From: a virus
Taxonomy: Duplodnaviria; Caudoviricetes
Length of the DNA: 64,000 nt
Direction: 5' to 3' (one strand)
IMG/VR virus record: IMGVR_UViG_3300021255_000094
Location: 2,896 to 66,895 of that record
Part shown: positions 53,340-62,933 of the stretch, one piece after another
Numbering within the stretch: the stretch's first letter is position 1
How the letters are laid out: every line of letters starts with the position of its first letter
Position numbers and translations under genes: made by a program
The notes under the pieces: generated by a model
The model's database searches: none
Told to the model about the DNA's origin: nothing
The model's input: the letters and a program-made list of their open reading frames with translations, nothing else

Positions 53340-53831
53340 ATGGCAAAGACAACTACTAACAATATTCAGATGAATATTAGTGACAAGGTTAGATATACTA
53401 TCAACGGAAACGCTGATAAGTATATTGAATTAAATCCAGGTGATGTAGGTATTGTAGCTCGTTTGGGTGATGCAATACCTATCATCAATGGATTAGTTGC
53501 AAGGTATGAAGCTTTATCTGTGGAAGAGATTCCAGAGGATGAACCAATGGATGTAACTATGCAGACATTCAGCACTAACTTTAAGCAGATGGATTCAGAG
53601 CTTAGAAGTATAGTAAACAATCTATTTGATTATGATGTATGCGCTGTGTGTGCTGGCGGTGGTTCGATGTTTGACCCTCTTGATGGAGAGTATAGATTCT
53701 CAGTAATTATCAACACATTATTGACTATGTATGAAGATACCATTTCAAAAGAAATGGAGAAGCTAGTAAATAATATGAAGAAGCATACTGATAAGTATAC
53801 TGCTCAAGACCACAAAAGAAAAAGGAAATAA
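53340..53831 (+). CDS. Tail assembly chaperone
   Basis: Between major tail protein and tape measure. Confidence 0.7.
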   Translation: MAKTTTNNIQMNISDKVRYTINGNADKYIELNPGDVGIVARLGDAIPIINGLVARYEALSVEEIPEDEPMDVTMQTFSTNFKQMDSELRSIVNNLFDYDVCAVCAGGGSMFDPLDGEYRFSVIINTLLTMYEDTISKEMEKLVNNMKKHTDKYTAQDHKRKRK

Positions 53832-53835
53832 ATAA

Positions 53836-54432
53836 ATGTTTGATTTACCAACTACTGTTACAATTAAAGACAGAGAGTTTGGTATACGTGATGATGGAGA
53901 TTACAGAATGATATTAGATGTATTCTCAGCATTACAAGATATAGATATACCAAAGAAGGAAAGAGTGATAACCGCCATAGTAATATTCTATGACGGTTTT
54001 TCATTAGATAACGTATTTGAAAAAGCTGAATCATCTGAAATAATGGAAGAGTTAGCTACTAAGATGTTTGATTTCATATCTTGTGGTCAAACTAATATGG
54101 GCAATAAAACTAATCATAAATTGATAGATTGGGAACAAGATGAACAGCTAATAGCAAGTGCGGTAAATAATGTAGCTAATATGGAGATTAGAACAGTTGA
54201 TTATATGCATTGGTGGACATTTATGGGTCACTATATATCAGTTGGTGAATCTGTATTATCTACTGTTGTACAGATACGAAGTAAACTTGTAGAAGGAAAG
54301 AAGTTAGAGAAACACGAACAAGAGTTTAGAAAGAAAAATCCGGAATACTTTATCTGGAATAGACAGACTGTTGAAGATAGAGAAGCTGATGCACTTATTA
54401 AAGAAATATGGAATCAAGGAAAGGAGGGCTAA
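53836..54432 (+). CDS. Gp15-like tail assembly protein
   Basis: IDWEQDEQLIASA, MHWWTFMG motif characteristic of this family. Confidence 0.8.
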   Translation: MFDLPTTVTIKDREFGIRDDGDYRMILDVFSALQDIDIPKKERVITAIVIFYDGFSLDNVFEKAESSEIMEELATKMFDFISCGQTNMGNKTNHKLIDWEQDEQLIASAVNNVANMEIRTVDYMHWWTFMGHYISVGESVLSTVVQIRSKLVEGKKLEKHEQEFRKKNPEYFIWNRQTVEDREADALIKEIWNQGKEG

Positions 54433-54435
54433 TAA

Positions 54436-57400
54436 ATGGCTAATTCAGAAAATATAACACTGAAAGTTGATATGGACACCAATGATGTTAAGAATACATT
54501 GGATTCATTAGAGAAAAGTATAAGCAAAGCATTTAAGTCCTCAGATACCAAAATTCAGTCTATGGGTAATACACTTAACAAAGTAAATCAAAATTTAAAA
54601 AGGTCTGTTAATGAATTACACCAAATGGAGACTACACGAGTTCCAACTGAGGAATTTAAACAGCTTGAAAGAGATACACAAAAAGCTGAAAATGCTTTTA
54701 TTAGAGCTAAGAAACAACTTGATAATTTTAGTGACAGCAAAAAGTTTGAAATGACTCCAGAGTATTCAAAGCTTAATGATACACTTAATACCACTGAGGG
54801 TAAAATAAAAGATATTTCAAGCACTATGAAATCTATGTATGGTAAAAATGCTTGGACTGAGGAATTTACGGGTGCTACAAAAAGAGTTGAATCTCTTAGA
54901 CGTAAATTTCAAGATGCAAAAGCTCAAGTAGGCGCATTTGAAAGTGTTGGTGTAACAACTGGTAAAGATTATGAAACTGCTAAAGCTAATCTTAGCAAAT
55001 ATACAACAGCATTAAAACAAGCTAAAATATATCAAAATCAATTAGTATCAGAGGGTAAACAGTTTAAAGACCAAGCTGGTTATAACAAGCTAACTGGTGA
55101 ATTATCAGGATTAAAAACTGAATATAACAACACTGCTGATGCTATGGAAAGAATGATAAAAGATGGCAACGCTTTTCAAGAAACAAAGGCTTACACAAAC
55201 AAGAAACAAGAAGTAGCAGATTTAGCACATAGATATAATGAATTAGCAACAGCGAAAGACCAAGCTGAAAAGGAAGGCACAGATACTATGCCTTTATCAG
55301 AGGCACAGCCAACAAGATTTCAGCGTTTAAAAGATTATATAACTAACTCAGCTAATCAAGCTGGAATATTAAGTAAAAAGATAGATGAAGCAAACGCAAG
55401 CACAAATAAACTTACATCTTCTTGGAGTAGCTTTAGAAGTACAGTAGGCGGAGCTATATCAAAAGTCTCTACTCTATTGAAAAACCGATTAAGCAAATCA
55501 ACAGCAGATACAGCCACTTCACATAATAAGTCATTTAAGAAAATGCTTACTATGGTTCTTAAATATGGATTTGGTATTAGAAGTATTTTCTTGCTATATA
55601 GAAAATTGCGTACTGTTATTTCAACTGGTTTAGGAGAAATGTCTAAACAGTTTGATTATGTAGCTGAAAGAGTTTATGGGCTTAGAAATTCATTTAGTGG
55701 ATTTAAGTCTGGAATAGTTAGTGCCTTTGAGCCTATATTCTCATATATAGTTCCGGCTTTAATAACACTTATAAATTATCTTACAACGGCTATGAACGCA
55801 CTTGCTAATTTCTTTGCACTGCTTACTGGTAGAGGATTCTACTATAAAGCAAAGAAAGGAAATGAGAGCGTAGCTGGTGCAATCGGTGGCACTGGTGGAG
55901 CCGCAAAGGAAGCTAATAAAGAGCTTGCAGAATATGATGACCTTCTCGTTATCGACCAAGACAAAGGCGGTGGCGGAGGAGGCGGTGGCGGAGGCGGTGG
56001 AGACTCCGATGCTTGGAATTGGGAGCAAGTAGACGTTACCGCAAACAGTCTCGTAGAGAAGATACAAGATATGTGGGGTGTATTTAAGCAAGCTTGGCAA
56101 GACAAAGGTCAAGATGTTATAGAGGCATTTAAGTACGCTCTTGAATCTATTAAAGCACTTATCGTAGATATAGCAGATACATTCTATCGTGTATTTATGG
56201 ACGGTTATGGCTATGACTGGATAATATCGTGTCTAGGCGTATTAGAACAGATGCTATTAACAGTTGGTGACATAGCAACTGAGTTTAAAAAGGCTTGGGA
56301 TAAAGATAATAATGGATATAATCTGTTAGCTTCAATGTTCAGTATGCTTACGGCTATCAATGATATGTGTATTAAGATAGGTGAGTCATTTAGAAAAGCT
56401 TGGAATAGTGGTTTAGGTGAAAAGATAGTTGAGAATATCTTGCATACATTAACCAATATAAATCTTACAGTTGAAGCTCTTGCAACTAACTTTACAAAAG
56501 CTTGGACAGAAGGTGGTAGAGGCGACCATATATTTTTAAGTTTACTAGGAATGGTACAGTCAATTTCAGGGTTCATGGAGCAAATATCCGAGGATACTTT
56601 AAAATGGGCTCAGGCATTAGATTTTGGACCATTATTAGACTCTATTGATAGATTTTTACGCAAAGCTAAAGATTTATTAGATTCTATACTTTCATTAGTA
56701 AGACATTTATATGAGGAATATGTGTTACCTCTAGCTAAAAAAATTGTAGAGGAATACGGTCCTAGAATACTAGATATGTTCACTAAACTTAATGGAAAGT
56801 TATCACCGCTTATTGATTCAATTAAGAAGTTTTCAGAGAGAACAAGTGATTTTTGGAAACAGTTGGATAAAGATAGTTGGGATGGTTTAGTAGACTCATT
56901 AGAATTAGCAGGTTGGGCAGCTGGAATATTAGCGAGTGGACTTAAAAAAATCGTTGACCTTTTACCTGGATTTAACAAGAACAAGGGATTATTCACTGTA
57001 TTACGTGAAATTCAAAGATATACTGGATTTGGTGGTCCATTAGCTACAACTGGTAGATTTTTAGAAGCTCTAAAACAGATTATTGAATTTGTTAAGCGTG
57101 GATATAATACAATAAAAGAATATCTTGTAGATAAGTTAGAAAAGTTATTTGCTAGAATCCAAAATACAGCTCTTTATAAGTTTATAGTAGCTATAATAGA
57201 TAAGATAAAAGAGTTGATGGGATATATTGAAAAGGCTATTGACAAGTTAGATATATTAGGACTAACAGATAGCAATAAAAGCAATAAAAAGAGTAAACTC
57301 ACTGGTAAAAATCCTTTATCAGTAGTTCAAACTATAACAACTAACTTCAACGGAGATATTAAATCATTAGATGATTATGACACTCTTAATAATAGTGTTG

Positions 57401-58581
57401 ATAGGTTCAACGAAAACTACAAAGACAAGTCAGCTACATATAAAACTGGTATGTCAGGTGTGACTAAAAAGCTTAAAGACGTGAATTCATTAGGTGATAG
57501 TTTTCTTAATCTCACAAATAGAATACAAAGTAAATCAGCTACTTATGGTGGCACAATGGAAGGTGTGTTTACTACACAACAAGATGTACTAAGTTTGGGA
57601 GATAAGTTTAGAAATCTTACAAATAATATTGTGAGTAAATCAGCTACTTATAATACTCAAATGACTGGTGAAGCAGTTACTAGAAAAGACATAGATGATA
57701 TGAGAACTCGTTATACTAATATGTATAATTCTTGGAATAGTAAATCAGCTACTGTCACAACTAAGATAGGTGGCGAAGTCACTAATCGTGCTGGCATTGA
57801 TGATATGAAAAATCGTTATGTCAATATGTATAATAACTGGAGAGATAAACAAGCCACAATGCAAGTTAGAACTGGTGGACAAATAGGCAACATAAATCAG
57901 TTAGATACTTGGAATACAAAATACAGAAATATGTATAATGTATGGAATAGTAAGAGTTCAGCTATGCATATTTCGTTTAATCAGTCACAAGGTACTTTAG
58001 ATACATACAGAGTTAAGATGCAACAGTTAGCAGGTATATGGCAAAGTAAATCAATTACATATAGTTTACGATTTGATGCAACAGCCTCAGCAGATATACA
58101 GTCAATAGCTCGACAAGCGTTGGATAGAATTAGAAGCTCACTTAAAGCAACTGGTAACAAAACACTTATAAATGCGGCAAATAAACTTGCTAGAGGTGGT
58201 ATCGTAAATACATCAACAATGTTTGTAGCTGGTGAAGCTGGTAAGGAAGCCGTTATACCACTTGAGAGAAACTTAGGTTGGTTAGATAAGATGGCTACAA
58301 TGATAAGTGATAAGATAGCTAATACACAAGTTCCTTTATTAGCACAAGGGAATGTTCTGCCAGTAACACAAGCGTTTATGAATACTGCGTCAGATATTGT
58401 TAATAATTCAAATATTCCAGCACTATTACAACTTATATTAGATAGACTTAATGCCCTTGAGACAGATAGTAGTAATAAAGAACCTATTATGTTACAATTA
58501 GATAGTAGGACAGTTGCAGAAGTAGTTTGGGACGAAACTGAGAAGCGATATAAACAAACTGGCATAAGATATGCTTATTAG
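54436..58581 (+). CDS. Tape measure protein
   Basis: 1381 aa helical; LAEYDDLLV motif; ARGGIV...AGEAGKEAVIPLE C-terminal motif. Confidence 0.9.
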   Translation: MANSENITLKVDMDTNDVKNTLDSLEKSISKAFKSSDTKIQSMGNTLNKVNQNLKRSVNELHQMETTRVPTEEFKQLERDTQKAENAFIRAKKQLDNFSDSKKFEMTPEYSKLNDTLNTTEGKIKDISSTMKSMYGKNAWTEEFTGATKRVESLRRKFQDAKAQVGAFESVGVTTGKDYETAKANLSKYTTALKQAKIYQNQLVSEGKQFKDQAGYNKLTGELSGLKTEYNNTADAMERMIKDGNAFQETKAYTNKKQEVADLAHRYNELATAKDQAEKEGTDTMPLSEAQPTRFQRLKDYITNSANQAGILSKKIDEANASTNKLTSSWSSFRSTVGGAISKVSTLLKNRLSKSTADTATSHNKSFKKMLTMVLKYGFGIRSIFLLYRKLRTVISTGLGEMSKQFDYVAERVYGLRNSFSGFKSGIVSAFEPIFSYIVPALITLINYLTTAMNALANFFALLTGRGFYYKAKKGNESVAGAIGGTGGAAKEANKELAEYDDLLVIDQDKGGGGGGGGGGGGDSDAWNWEQVDVTANSLVEKIQDMWGVFKQAWQDKGQDVIEAFKYALESIKALIVDIADTFYRVFMDGYGYDWIISCLGVLEQMLLTVGDIATEFKKAWDKDNNGYNLLASMFSMLTAINDMCIKIGESFRKAWNSGLGEKIVENILHTLTNINLTVEALATNFTKAWTEGGRGDHIFLSLLGMVQSISGFMEQISEDTLKWAQALDFGPLLDSIDRFLRKAKDLLDSILSLVRHLYEEYVLPLAKKIVEEYGPRILDMFTKLNGKLSPLIDSIKKFSERTSDFWKQLDKDSWDGLVDSLELAGWAAGILASGLKKIVDLLPGFNKNKGLFTVLREIQRYTGFGGPLATTGRFLEALKQIIEFVKRGYNTIKEYLVDKLEKLFARIQNTALYKFIVAIIDKIKELMGYIEKAIDKLDILGLTDSNKSNKKSKLTGKNPLSVVQTITTNFNGDIKSLDDYDTLNNSVDRFNENYKDKSATYKTGMSGVTKKLKDVNSLGDSFLNLTNRIQSKSATYGGTMEGVFTTQQDVLSLGDKFRNLTNNIVSKSATYNTQMTGEAVTRKDIDDMRTRYTNMYNSWNSKSATVTTKIGGEVTNRAGIDDMKNRYVNMYNNWRDKQATMQVRTGGQIGNINQLDTWNTKYRNMYNVWNSKSSAMHISFNQSQGTLDTYRVKMQQLAGIWQSKSITYSLRFDATASADIQSIARQALDRIRSSLKATGNKTLINAANKLARGGIVNTSTMFVAGEAGKEAVIPLERNLGWLDKMATMISDKIANTQVPLLAQGNVLPVTQAFMNTASDIVNNSNIPALLQLILDRLNALETDSSNKEPIMLQLDSRTVAEVVWDETEKRYKQTGIRYAY
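57427..58060 (+). repeat. 35-aa periodic repeat in tape measure C-terminus
   Basis: KSAT-like units starting 57427, 57532, 57637, 57742, 57847 and 57952 (105-nt period), then 58048. Confidence 0.85.
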
Positions 58582-58594
58582 AAAGGAGTAGGTT

Positions 58595-59017
58595 ATGAGT
58601 TCGCCATTTAAAGGATATTTAATTAAAGCAGTAGCAACAAATGAACCACTGCCTAACAAATTTATACAATTTAAAACATATGAATCTACTCCGGACCAAA
58701 GAGAAGAATTAAAAGCTTACCGTGATGACAACAGCCGTAATCTTACAAGGGTTACGGCTGACGGTGAAAAGTCAGTTGTTCAATTTAAAACTAGACCTAG
58801 TATGCACTTAGCTGAGAAAATGGAATTGCAGTCATGGTTATATCGTGCAGAGAATAATCATAAACAACGTAATATAGAAATACTTTTTTGGAATGATGAA
58901 ATAAATGATTATGATAGTGGCGTATTTTACAGACCAAATCCAAAATACCCTATAATACGTGTTGAAGATGATGATATAATATATGACGAAATGGAAATAA
59001 AATTCATAGAATGTTAA
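58595..59017 (+). CDS. Distal tail-like protein
   Basis: Synteny after tape measure. Confidence 0.6.
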   Translation: MSSPFKGYLIKAVATNEPLPNKFIQFKTYESTPDQREELKAYRDDNSRNLTRVTADGEKSVVQFKTRPSMHLAEKMELQSWLYRAENNHKQRNIEILFWNDEINDYDSGVFYRPNPKYPIIRVEDDDIIYDEMEIKFIEC

Positions 59018-59027
59018 GAGGTTTATT

Positions 59028-61151
59028 ATGGGTAGATTCTTACAAATACAAATCTATAATGAGCAAGGCACAGAGATTGAATATGATAATTATATAGATG
59101 ATTCTTGGGGTATACAGACTGGTTCAGCAAGTATTGAGAAGATACTAATGAGTAGCGAATTAAAATTCGGAGAAATATTTTCCTCAATATTTCAAGTGCA
59201 GTTGTTTGGAATTGATGCTGACATATCTCACAGAAAAATCAAAGTTAAGATACTTAAAGACGTAGAAAATAATTATATAGTAACAGACGATGGAGACGTA
59301 ATTGTAACAGACGATGGAGACTATCTTATTCACACAGACACATCATCAAGTACAATAGATTTATTCACTGGTATTATAGATTCAAATAAAAAAGATAGAA
59401 TAGGTACTGATAGAACTATTATAGCTTATGATAGATTTTATGAATTACGAAACTTTAATGTACTTGATTTTTGGAACGACTTCTGGGAGAATAATGAGAC
59501 CACAACATTAAGACAATTAAAGACTGCACTTTATAATTTTCTAGGATTAAATTATATACCAAGTGCTTGTTTAAATGACGATTTAGTGGTATCAAACCCT
59601 ACAAAGAATCAAGATGTAACCTTATTTCAATTTGTAGATTTAGTTCGTAATATCTATCAATTACAAAATGCGTGTCCTCATATTGATGGTGATGGTAATG
59701 TTATTGAAATACAATTAAAGCCGGATAAAATACGAAGTCTATCAAATAAACTTGAGGGAACGAATAGTAATTGGGAAGATTTTACAACTAAGCACATAAC
59801 TGGAGTTGGTGTATATGGCACAAGTTCAGAATTAGAACAATTAGTAGGAACGAATGATAATGTGTATAGCATTGTAGGTAATTTGTTCTTGTTAGATATG
59901 ACAGCAGAGCAACTAACCGAAGTGTGCATTGATATATTAGATGATTTGTCAATATTTACATATAGACCAGGAACATTTAAGTTAGTTCTTCCTTATGATG
60001 AGGTGCAATTAGGTGATGCACTCGCAACAGATTATGGAGTCGCATACGCATTTAATATTAGATATGCAGGTCCAGTTCTTATAAATGAGACAATAAGTTG
60101 TCAGACATCAAGCGATGTGTTAAGTCAAGACATAAGAAGTCTTAATGATATACAATTCGTAGGTAGCAAACAGTCACAGATAATTAAAGATATAGATAAG
60201 TTAGAAGTCGATTTTGTAGATTTATCTGAACAAGTCGAGTCCGAAATATCGCAGATGGCTGATGAAATAGTTTTAAAAGTTGACGCAAATGGAAACATTG
60301 TTGAAGTTGCATTAGGGTCAAGTGCTAGTGAGGGAAGTACGTTTGATGTAAATGCTGATAACATCACGTTTAAGGCAAATAGTACATTAAACTTATTAGC
60401 TTCTAATCTTAATATTCAATCAACAAAGTTATCAATAACACCAGCTGGAAAAATAACAGCAACAGATGCTGACTTTGATGGAAAAGTAACAGCAACCACA
60501 ATGTTATTTTGGGACACTCTTAATATGTATTCAAGTTATGGTCAGTATGAATTTCCTTTAGCTGATATGTATTGGGGTGGTTCTGATGAAGTGTGGACTA
60601 AGATAAAAGCTCCTTATGGACAAGGTGGGCGAGATGTTATTTATCTAATGGGTCCATCTCAGAGTGCTACTTATGGTGGGTATGCAGGTGTGTTGCTAGG
60701 TGACTGGAAAGTTACTGGAAAGATGGTAGTAAGTGGCACTAAACCTAGAGTAGTTGAGACAAAAGATTATGGGGCGAGAACTTTATACTGCTATGAAACA
60801 GCAAGTCCTATGTTTGGTGATTTAGGTGATGGCGAAATTGCAGAAGATGGTAAATGCTATGTTTGGCTAGACCGTGTATTTGCGCAAACAATAACACCAC
60901 AAGGCTATCAAGTTTTTTTACAGAAATGTGGTGATGGTGATTGCTGGGTAAGTGAAAGAAAACCTAATTACTTTGTTGTCGAAGGAACAGCGGGTTTGAG
61001 CTTCTGTTGGGAACTTAAAGCTAAACAAAGTGATTTCGACCAAAGACGATTAGAGCCTGAGAATCTTTATACACATAAATATGAGACAAATTATGGCGAA
61101 AATGCTATAAATCATATAAATAAAATAAACCATGAAAGAGAGGTAGTTTAG
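59028..61151 (+). CDS. Baseplate hub / tail spike protein
   Basis: Synteny; C-terminal YG.RTLYCYET..P.FGD...YQVFLQ...WELKAKQ domain seen on phage tail proteins. Confidence 0.7.
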   Translation: MGRFLQIQIYNEQGTEIEYDNYIDDSWGIQTGSASIEKILMSSELKFGEIFSSIFQVQLFGIDADISHRKIKVKILKDVENNYIVTDDGDVIVTDDGDYLIHTDTSSSTIDLFTGIIDSNKKDRIGTDRTIIAYDRFYELRNFNVLDFWNDFWENNETTTLRQLKTALYNFLGLNYIPSACLNDDLVVSNPTKNQDVTLFQFVDLVRNIYQLQNACPHIDGDGNVIEIQLKPDKIRSLSNKLEGTNSNWEDFTTKHITGVGVYGTSSELEQLVGTNDNVYSIVGNLFLLDMTAEQLTEVCIDILDDLSIFTYRPGTFKLVLPYDEVQLGDALATDYGVAYAFNIRYAGPVLINETISCQTSSDVLSQDIRSLNDIQFVGSKQSQIIKDIDKLEVDFVDLSEQVESEISQMADEIVLKVDANGNIVEVALGSSASEGSTFDVNADNITFKANSTLNLLASNLNIQSTKLSITPAGKITATDADFDGKVTATTMLFWDTLNMYSSYGQYEFPLADMYWGGSDEVWTKIKAPYGQGGRDVIYLMGPSQSATYGGYAGVLLGDWKVTGKMVVSGTKPRVVETKDYGARTLYCYETASPMFGDLGDGEIAEDGKCYVWLDRVFAQTITPQGYQVFLQKCGDGDCWVSERKPNYFVVEGTAGLSFCWELKAKQSDFDQRRLEPENLYTHKYETNYGENAINHINKINHEREVV

Positions 61152-61153
61152 TT

Positions 61154-61345
61154 ATGAAGAAAGCAACAAGTGTTACAGCGTGGAATGATGCAGTAGGAAA
61201 GAGATTATCAATAACATATTCAGAAATAGATGAAGAGACTGGAAAGATTATAAAAGACAATGATAGAAAAGATGTAGTAGTAATGGATAAAAATGCAGAG
61301 AAACTTATTGATGATTTATTAGAGTATGCACAATCTGTAATATAA
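61154..61345 (+). CDS. Small tail-region protein
   Basis: RLSITYSEIDEETGKII motif. Confidence 0.7.
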   Translation: MKKATSVTAWNDAVGKRLSITYSEIDEETGKIIKDNDRKDVVVMDKNAEKLIDDLLEYAQSVI

Positions 61346-61359
61346 GTGAGGTGTAAACT

Positions 61360-62130
61360 ATGGCTAATAAAAGAATAATAGAATTAGATGTAACAGATGT
61401 GGTAGAAGCGGATGATTTCTTAGCAATAGATAGTGTTAGTGGAAAGACTAGAAGAATAAAGCCTATTAAAATAGGAGCTACATATGAAATAGAAGATGGA
61501 GACCATAGCTTCACTTTAGTAGGTTCAAATGGATATAGTCATACAGTAGATATTCCATATGATAGTGTATCTATGACACAAGCAGAATATGACGCTCTAA
61601 CTCCAGCGCAGAAAGCAGATGGTACAGCTAGATTTATAACAGATGGAGAGTCAGATGTAGAATCAGAATTATGGAGTAAAGTAGGTAGACAGACATTAGA
61701 TACAGAAGCTCAAGTGCTTAGTAATGCAGTTAATGAGTTAAAGGGAGATATAGATACAAATACAGATAATATAAGCACTAATACAGAAGCTATTAGTGAA
61801 CTAAACTCCAGTATGATACAGTATCGCATGGTTCAAATGAGCATAACAACACAGACAGTTAATCCGCAAGAACGCGCAACGCTTTTGGATAATGTGGACT
61901 TTACAACAAGCACAATGTTAGACACGTTTTCAAATAAGACACTGGCACAATTATTTAGCGGAAAAACTATTCTAGGAGCGCATTTTATGTGGACAAACGG
62001 AAGCGGTAGTGCATCTGTAAGCGAATTTGTTGATAATAATAAAGTCTTTATAGGTGTTATGAATGTTTCAAGCGGTCAGTTGGCTTATTCGGTTGTTAGA
62101 GTAGCGATTTGGTATAAAGATAGGAGATAA
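61360..62130 (+). CDS. Tail-fibre-associated modular protein 1
   Basis: TQAEYDALT module, coiled coil ending ELNSS, beta-rich C-terminus. Confidence 0.7.
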   Translation: MANKRIIELDVTDVVEADDFLAIDSVSGKTRRIKPIKIGATYEIEDGDHSFTLVGSNGYSHTVDIPYDSVSMTQAEYDALTPAQKADGTARFITDGESDVESELWSKVGRQTLDTEAQVLSNAVNELKGDIDTNTDNISTNTEAISELNSSMIQYRMVQMSITTQTVNPQERATLLDNVDFTTSTMLDTFSNKTLAQLFSGKTILGAHFMWTNGSGSASVSEFVDNNKVFIGVMNVSSGQLAYSVVRVAIWYKDRR

Positions 62131-62371
62131 TAAATACGTGGCTACAATGTAGCGGTGTATATATTAAAGCATAAACTAAACATTTATGGAGGCAAAGAAT
62201 ATGTTAAAAAAATGTATCACAAAATAAGAGTTAAATATCTTAAAACAAAAATACAATTAAAATGTGCTTTTAAATATCATAGTTATAATGGTAATATCAA
62301 ACAGTTTTTTAGAGATTTGATATTTGACTAAACTGGAGTTTAGTTGAGTAGGTTATGAAAGGAGAAATATT

Positions 62372-62908
62372 ATGCCAGTAATAATGAAAGATAATGTACA
62401 ATATGCATATACAACAAAAGGCACAGTATTTCATACTCTATCAAACGCAGAGTATGAAGCTCTTACAGAAGAAGAAAAAATGAATGGAGATGTATATTGT
62501 ATTCCAGATAGAGAGCCAGTTATAAATCCAGACCAACTATGGGAGAAAGTAGGTACTGGAACTCTTGATATAGGTGATGATTTAACAGATGGAGTTAATC
62601 AGTTAAACTCCAGTTTGTCTGGCTTATTTAAAGTGGTAACATTTCCTAATAGTGCTACTATAACAGTTCCAGCAAATGGAGCTGTTAATATCACAGCTAA
62701 TCAAATGAACATAAGTACGCCTGCTGGATATACACCAGTAGCATTAAATGCTTTCTTCTGTAACAGTAATGATGTTGTATGGAGAAGTGTGCAGGCACAA
62801 GCTACTGGAACTTCATCATTTACAGTTTTACGAAATGTAACAAGCGCAAGCAAAGATGTAATTGTCAACTGCTCATTATTATATGTTAAAACTAATTTTA
62901 TTGGTTAG
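62372..62908 (+). CDS. Tail-fibre-associated modular protein 2
   Basis: NAEYEALT module, QLNSS junction, TPAGYTPV beta-rich C-terminus. Confidence 0.7.
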   Translation: MPVIMKDNVQYAYTTKGTVFHTLSNAEYEALTEEEKMNGDVYCIPDREPVINPDQLWEKVGTGTLDIGDDLTDGVNQLNSSLSGLFKVVTFPNSATITVPANGAVNITANQMNISTPAGYTPVALNAFFCNSNDVVWRSVQAQATGTSSFTVLRNVTSASKDVIVNCSLLYVKTNFIG

Positions 62909-62933
62909 GTTTAAATAAAGGAGGATACTATTT

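Noticed and set aside
53800-53840. Programmed frameshift in tail assembly chaperones
   Set aside because: No clear X XXY YYZ slippery site was seen, and the downstream gene has its own ATG.
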